From assembly GCA_965227515.1 (NCBI GenBank), contig CBDDFZ010000001.1:3904001-3968000 (forward strand): a stretch of 64,000 nucleotides of DNA, in the 5' to 3' direction. The position numbers were made by a program, and so were the translations under genes. The notes beneath the pieces are model-generated. The model did not search any database. It had not been told where the DNA came from and saw nothing but the letters and a program-made list of their open reading frames with translations. Below are positions 61,150 through 64,000 of the stretch, in pieces. Numbering within the stretch: the first letter of the stretch is position 1; each line of letters opens with the position of its first letter. This DNA comes from Alphaproteobacteria bacterium. Its GTDB lineage: Bacteria; Pseudomonadota; Alphaproteobacteria; CALKHQ01.

Positions 61150-61483
61150 GTCGTCTTCAGGCTTGTGCCGGTGGCACTCACGCATCTCGCGGGAGAACGG
61201 CTCGATCCCCAGAAATAACTATCATTGTCGTCCTCGCCCTTGTGGCGAGGCACTCACTTCCCCTCTCCCAGCGGTACGCGCGGGAGAGCGGCTTGATCCT
61301 CAGAAAATACTTTCATTGTCGTCCTCGCCCTTGTGGCGAGGACCCATCCCTGTCCAGAAACTCAATAAGTTGAGGTACACCGGTCACTGAAATGGCGGGC
61401 GCGACGGACCACGCTGCCAGCCTCCTACAGAACTGATCCAGACTGCCCCACAAATGGGCCCTCGCCACAAGGGCGAGGGCGAC
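61150..61483. repeat. Composite repeat: degenerate arms plus a full family B element (61318-61483)
   Basis: ATTGTCGTC(C/T)TC... arms at about 61148, 61225 and 61316; duplicated GCGGGAGA..GGCT.GATCC.CAGAAA. Confidence 0.75.
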
Positions 61484-61528
61484 GGATAGTTGTTGGTGGA
61501 GGGGCTGACTTGGCTCAGCCGCCCTCCC

Positions 61529-62113
61529 CTAGCCGATCGTACCCGCCCAAGGGCCGCCGAAGGGAATGCCGCACACACCAAGCGCGCCGTCGAACACCAG
61601 CCCGTCCTCGGTTTCGGTGACCGCCACATCGAACGTGCCCCAGGTGTCCAGCGCGGCGTCGAAGGTGAAGCCGGCGTCCAGCAGCGCGGCCGGGGCAGCC
61701 AGCGTGTCGGGGCAATCCACGTCGCCCGTTTCGATCCAATAGCCGGAGAAGCGCCCGGTCTCGCGGTCATAGGTGCCCCAGCTCAAGCCAAGGCCATCCT
61801 CGCGGACCGCGATCAGCATGGTCTCGCCCACCAGGTAGCCGGCAAAGCTGCCGGTGTTGGTGTCGACTTGCACCTCGGGCAGGCCCAGCCCCGCCGGCAG
61901 CGCCCATTCGTCGACCATGGGTGCACGGCGGGCATCGGTCTGCAATACGCCGCCGTCCGGATCGCCGTTCTGGAAGTAAGAGGCGGTCATGCCGCCGTCT
62001 TGCATCCGGTCCGCGTCGGCGGCGAAGGCGCCGGTGCCGCCCGCGATACCGATCGTCAGTGCGGCGGCGGCGATTTTAGCGATGGTGCTGGTCAGTCCGT
62101 TGTTGCGTCGCAT
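61529..62113 (-). CDS. Hypothetical secreted protein, paralogue A (acidic)
   Basis: Signal peptide MRRNN...AFA, GGAGGG RBS; aligns by eye with the neighbouring gene. Confidence 0.75.
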   Translation of the reverse strand: MRRNNGLTSTIAKIAAAALTIGIAGGTGAFAADADRMQDGGMTASYFQNGDPDGGVLQTDARRAPMVDEWALPAGLGLPEVQVDTNTGSFAGYLVGETMLIAVREDGLGLSWGTYDRETGRFSGYWIETGDVDCPDTLAAPAALLDAGFTFDAALDTWGTFDVAVTETEDGLVFDGALGVCGIPFGGPWAGTIG

Positions 62114-62172
62114 GGGTGGTCCCTCCGATCCGGTCCCGGCGTTGCCGGGGTGTCTGTGTGTCCCTGGCAACC

Positions 62173-62218
62173 AATATCGGGGGTAACCGCCGGTCGCGGT
62201 ATGGGGTCGATTCCCCAT
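62173..62218 (-). promoter_or_regulatory. Conserved upstream motif, copy 1
   Basis: AATATCGGGG-N16-GTATGGGGTCGATTCCCCAT on the + strand. Confidence 0.6.
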
Positions 62219-62334
62219 TCGCGTGTCGGCCAGGCCGGACAAGAAGGCGCGGACGATGGGAGGGACAGCCCATCGCCCGCACGCCGACGCCACACCGATG
62301 GAGGGAGCTGCGGCATCGGCAATCCACTCAGGCG

Positions 62335-62925
62335 CTACGGCACCATCGTACCGTTCCAGGCGCCGCCGATGGGGGCACCGCACGCCCCCCAGGCGCCGTT
62401 GAACTGCACCGCCATGCCGTTCGCGGTGTAGCTGACGTCGAAAGTGCCCCAGGTGTAGAGCGGTGCCTGAAACTGGAAGCCCAGGCCGGTCAGCTCACTC
62501 GGCGCGGGCAGCGGCAGCGGGCACGCAATGCCCTGGGGTACGATCCAGTAGCCGGTCCAGCGGCCGGTAGCGTCGTTGAAGGTGCCCCAAGTGATGCCCT
62601 GGCCGTCGTTGCGGATGGCGACCATCATGTTGCCGACCACGTAGCTGGTGAAATCGCCGGTGGTCGAACTCAGCCGCAGCCGCGGGTAGCTGAGATTGCC
62701 GGGCCACATCCACGTGCCGTTGCCCTGCATGTAGCCGGGATTGGGCTGCCCGTAGCCGGGGCCGCCGACCACCGGCATGGGCTGCGCGCCGTAGCCTGGT
62801 GCTGGCTGTCCGTAGCCCGGAGCCCCATTCGGCGCCGCAGAGGCGTTGCCGCCGGCCAAGGTGCCGATCGCAAGCACCGCGGCGGCAATATGTGTCAGTG
62901 CCCGGCGGGCAGAGAAGCGTCGCAT
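62335..62925 (-). CDS. Hypothetical secreted protein, paralogue B (PGYG-repeat N-terminus)
   Basis: Signal peptide MRRFSARR...ASA, GGAGG RBS; shares WGT, GYW, TWGTFDV and CG.P.GG.W.GT with paralogue A. Confidence 0.75.
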   Translation of the reverse strand: MRRFSARRALTHIAAAVLAIGTLAGGNASAAPNGAPGYGQPAPGYGAQPMPVVGGPGYGQPNPGYMQGNGTWMWPGNLSYPRLRLSSTTGDFTSYVVGNMMVAIRNDGQGITWGTFNDATGRWTGYWIVPQGIACPLPLPAPSELTGLGFQFQAPLYTWGTFDVSYTANGMAVQFNGAWGACGAPIGGAWNGTMVP

Positions 62926-63009
62926 GATGTGTTCCTCCGTTGCCCGCGCCATGCGGGCGGTGATGGGGTGCGCATCCGGGCCGATTGCCCGCAGCGCGTC
63001 GTTGGGGTG

Positions 63010-63054
63010 AATATCGGGGCAGCAGCGCCGCGGCTGTATGGGGTCGATGCCCCA
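63010..63054 (-). promoter_or_regulatory. Conserved upstream motif, copy 2
   Basis: AATATCGGGG-N16-GTATGGGGTCGATGCCCCA on the + strand, same spacing as copy 1. Confidence 0.6.
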
Positions 63055-63146
63055 ATCTTTGCGGCTGCCAATTCCGCAATCCGCCCGGATGCTCTAAAAG
63101 CAATGCGCAAGGCGCCGACAAAGGCGGCGGAGGGAGGACTACCGGA

Positions 63147-64000
63147 ATGTCGAACACACCAAGCGATGCCGTGGCCCTGTTCGGGACCGAGGAGCCGGTG
63201 CCCGATTGCCCGCAGCTCAGGGCCGGCGCGCTGACCGCCAGCCTGGATGCCGGCAATCTGCGCCACATCAAGCTCAATGGCGTGGAGGCGATCCGCGCCA
63301 TCCAGTACCTGTCGCGCAACAAGAACTGGGGCACCTACAGCCCCGACATCGCCAACCTGAAGATCGACCAGGGCGACGACTCCTTCGTCGTCACCTACGA
63401 CGCCGTCTGTCGCGACGCCGAGCAGGAACTCGCCTACAGCGCGCGCATCGAGGGGCGGGCCGACGGCTCGCTGGCGTTCGACGTGACCGCAACCCCGAAA
63501 GGCGAATACCTGACCGCGCGCACCGGCTTCGTGGTGCTGCACCCGTCCGACGTCAGCGGGCAGCCGGTCAAGGTCGGCCAGGTCGACGGGACCAGCACGG
63601 TGGCGACCTTCCCGGTCGAGATCGACCCGGCGCAGCCGTTCAAGAACATGCGCGCGCTGACCCACGAGGTGACGCCGGGCGTCAACGTCACCTGCACCAT
63701 GCTGGGCGACACCTTCGAGATGGAGGACCAGCGCAACTGGATGGATGCGTCGTACAAGACGTATGTCCGCCCGCTGGCCCTGCCCTGGCCCTACACCCTG
63801 CCCGGCGGCGAGGCGTTCGAGCAGTCGGTGACGCTGGCGGTGACCGGCCCCGTCAGTAGCCAAGCTGCCGGGGATGCGGAAGGTGCCGTGACGGTCACGG
63901 TCGGTGGCGAGACGGAAAGCACCGTGCCCAGCCTCGGCCTCTACATCCCGCCCGAGCTGTCGCGCGATGCGCGCGGCCTGTCAGACGCCTTGGGCGCCCT
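63147..64000 (+). CDS. D-apionate lactonase-like protein (ApnL family), runs off the window end
   Basis: Manual translation: MSNTPSDAVALFGTEE...GNLRHI...NWGT...RTGFVVLHP...FEMEDQRNWMDASYKTYVRPLALPWPY; GGAGG RBS. Confidence 0.75.
   Translation, partial: MSNTPSDAVALFGTEEPVPDCPQLRAGALTASLDAGNLRHIKLNGVEAIRAIQYLSRNKNWGTYSPDIANLKIDQGDDSFVVTYDAVCRDAEQELAYSARIEGRADGSLAFDVTATPKGEYLTARTGFVVLHPSDVSGQPVKVGQVDGTSTVATFPVEIDPAQPFKNMRALTHEVTPGVNVTCTMLGDTFEMEDQRNWMDASYKTYVRPLALPWPYTLPGGEAFEQSVTLAVTGPVSSQAAGDAEGAVTVTVGGETESTVPSLGLYIPPELSRDARGLSDALGA

Noticed and set aside
61150-61483. Possible CRISPR array
   Set aside because: Repeats are few, degenerate and partly inverted, spacing is irregular, no cas genes are present, and the arms match dispersed REP-like elements

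Overview
High-GC, probably alphaproteobacterial chromosomal window, densely coding, with no rRNA, tRNA, CRISPR array or transposase recognised. From left to right it holds: (1) a coenzyme F420 operon (cofG-cofH-cofD-cofC-cofE-npdG plus an F420-dependent LLM oxidoreductase), followed by peptide-type ABC permeases; (2) an acyl-CoA dehydrogenase, YeeE, DUF302 and opgC; (3) a large purine-catabolism cluster (guaD, puuD, cysteine desulfurase, BMP-type ABC transporter, xdhCBA with a +1 frameshift in xdhB, uraH, puuE, uraD, alc, allA); (4) mgtC, thrC-like, slcC-like, lipoprotein, MFS, GNAT, TPP enzyme and Fpg/Nei genes; (5) a methylcitrate operon (prpR | prpD-prpB-prpC-prpE); (6) a DSF-type quorum-sensing locus (rpfF convergent with rpfC) in which the rpfG position holds an RpfG-like receiver fused to PAS plus histidine kinase instead of HD-GYP, which is the best candidate for an undescribed system; (7) an ABM/aldolase/dehydrogenase/sugar-ABC operon, two tandem paralogous secreted proteins sharing a palindromic upstream motif, and a partial apionate-lactonase-like gene. 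Three families of palindromic REP/MITE-like repeats fill many intergenic gaps, and two copies are translated as C-terminal tails of cofD and opgC. All family assignments come from recalled motifs, not from database searches.
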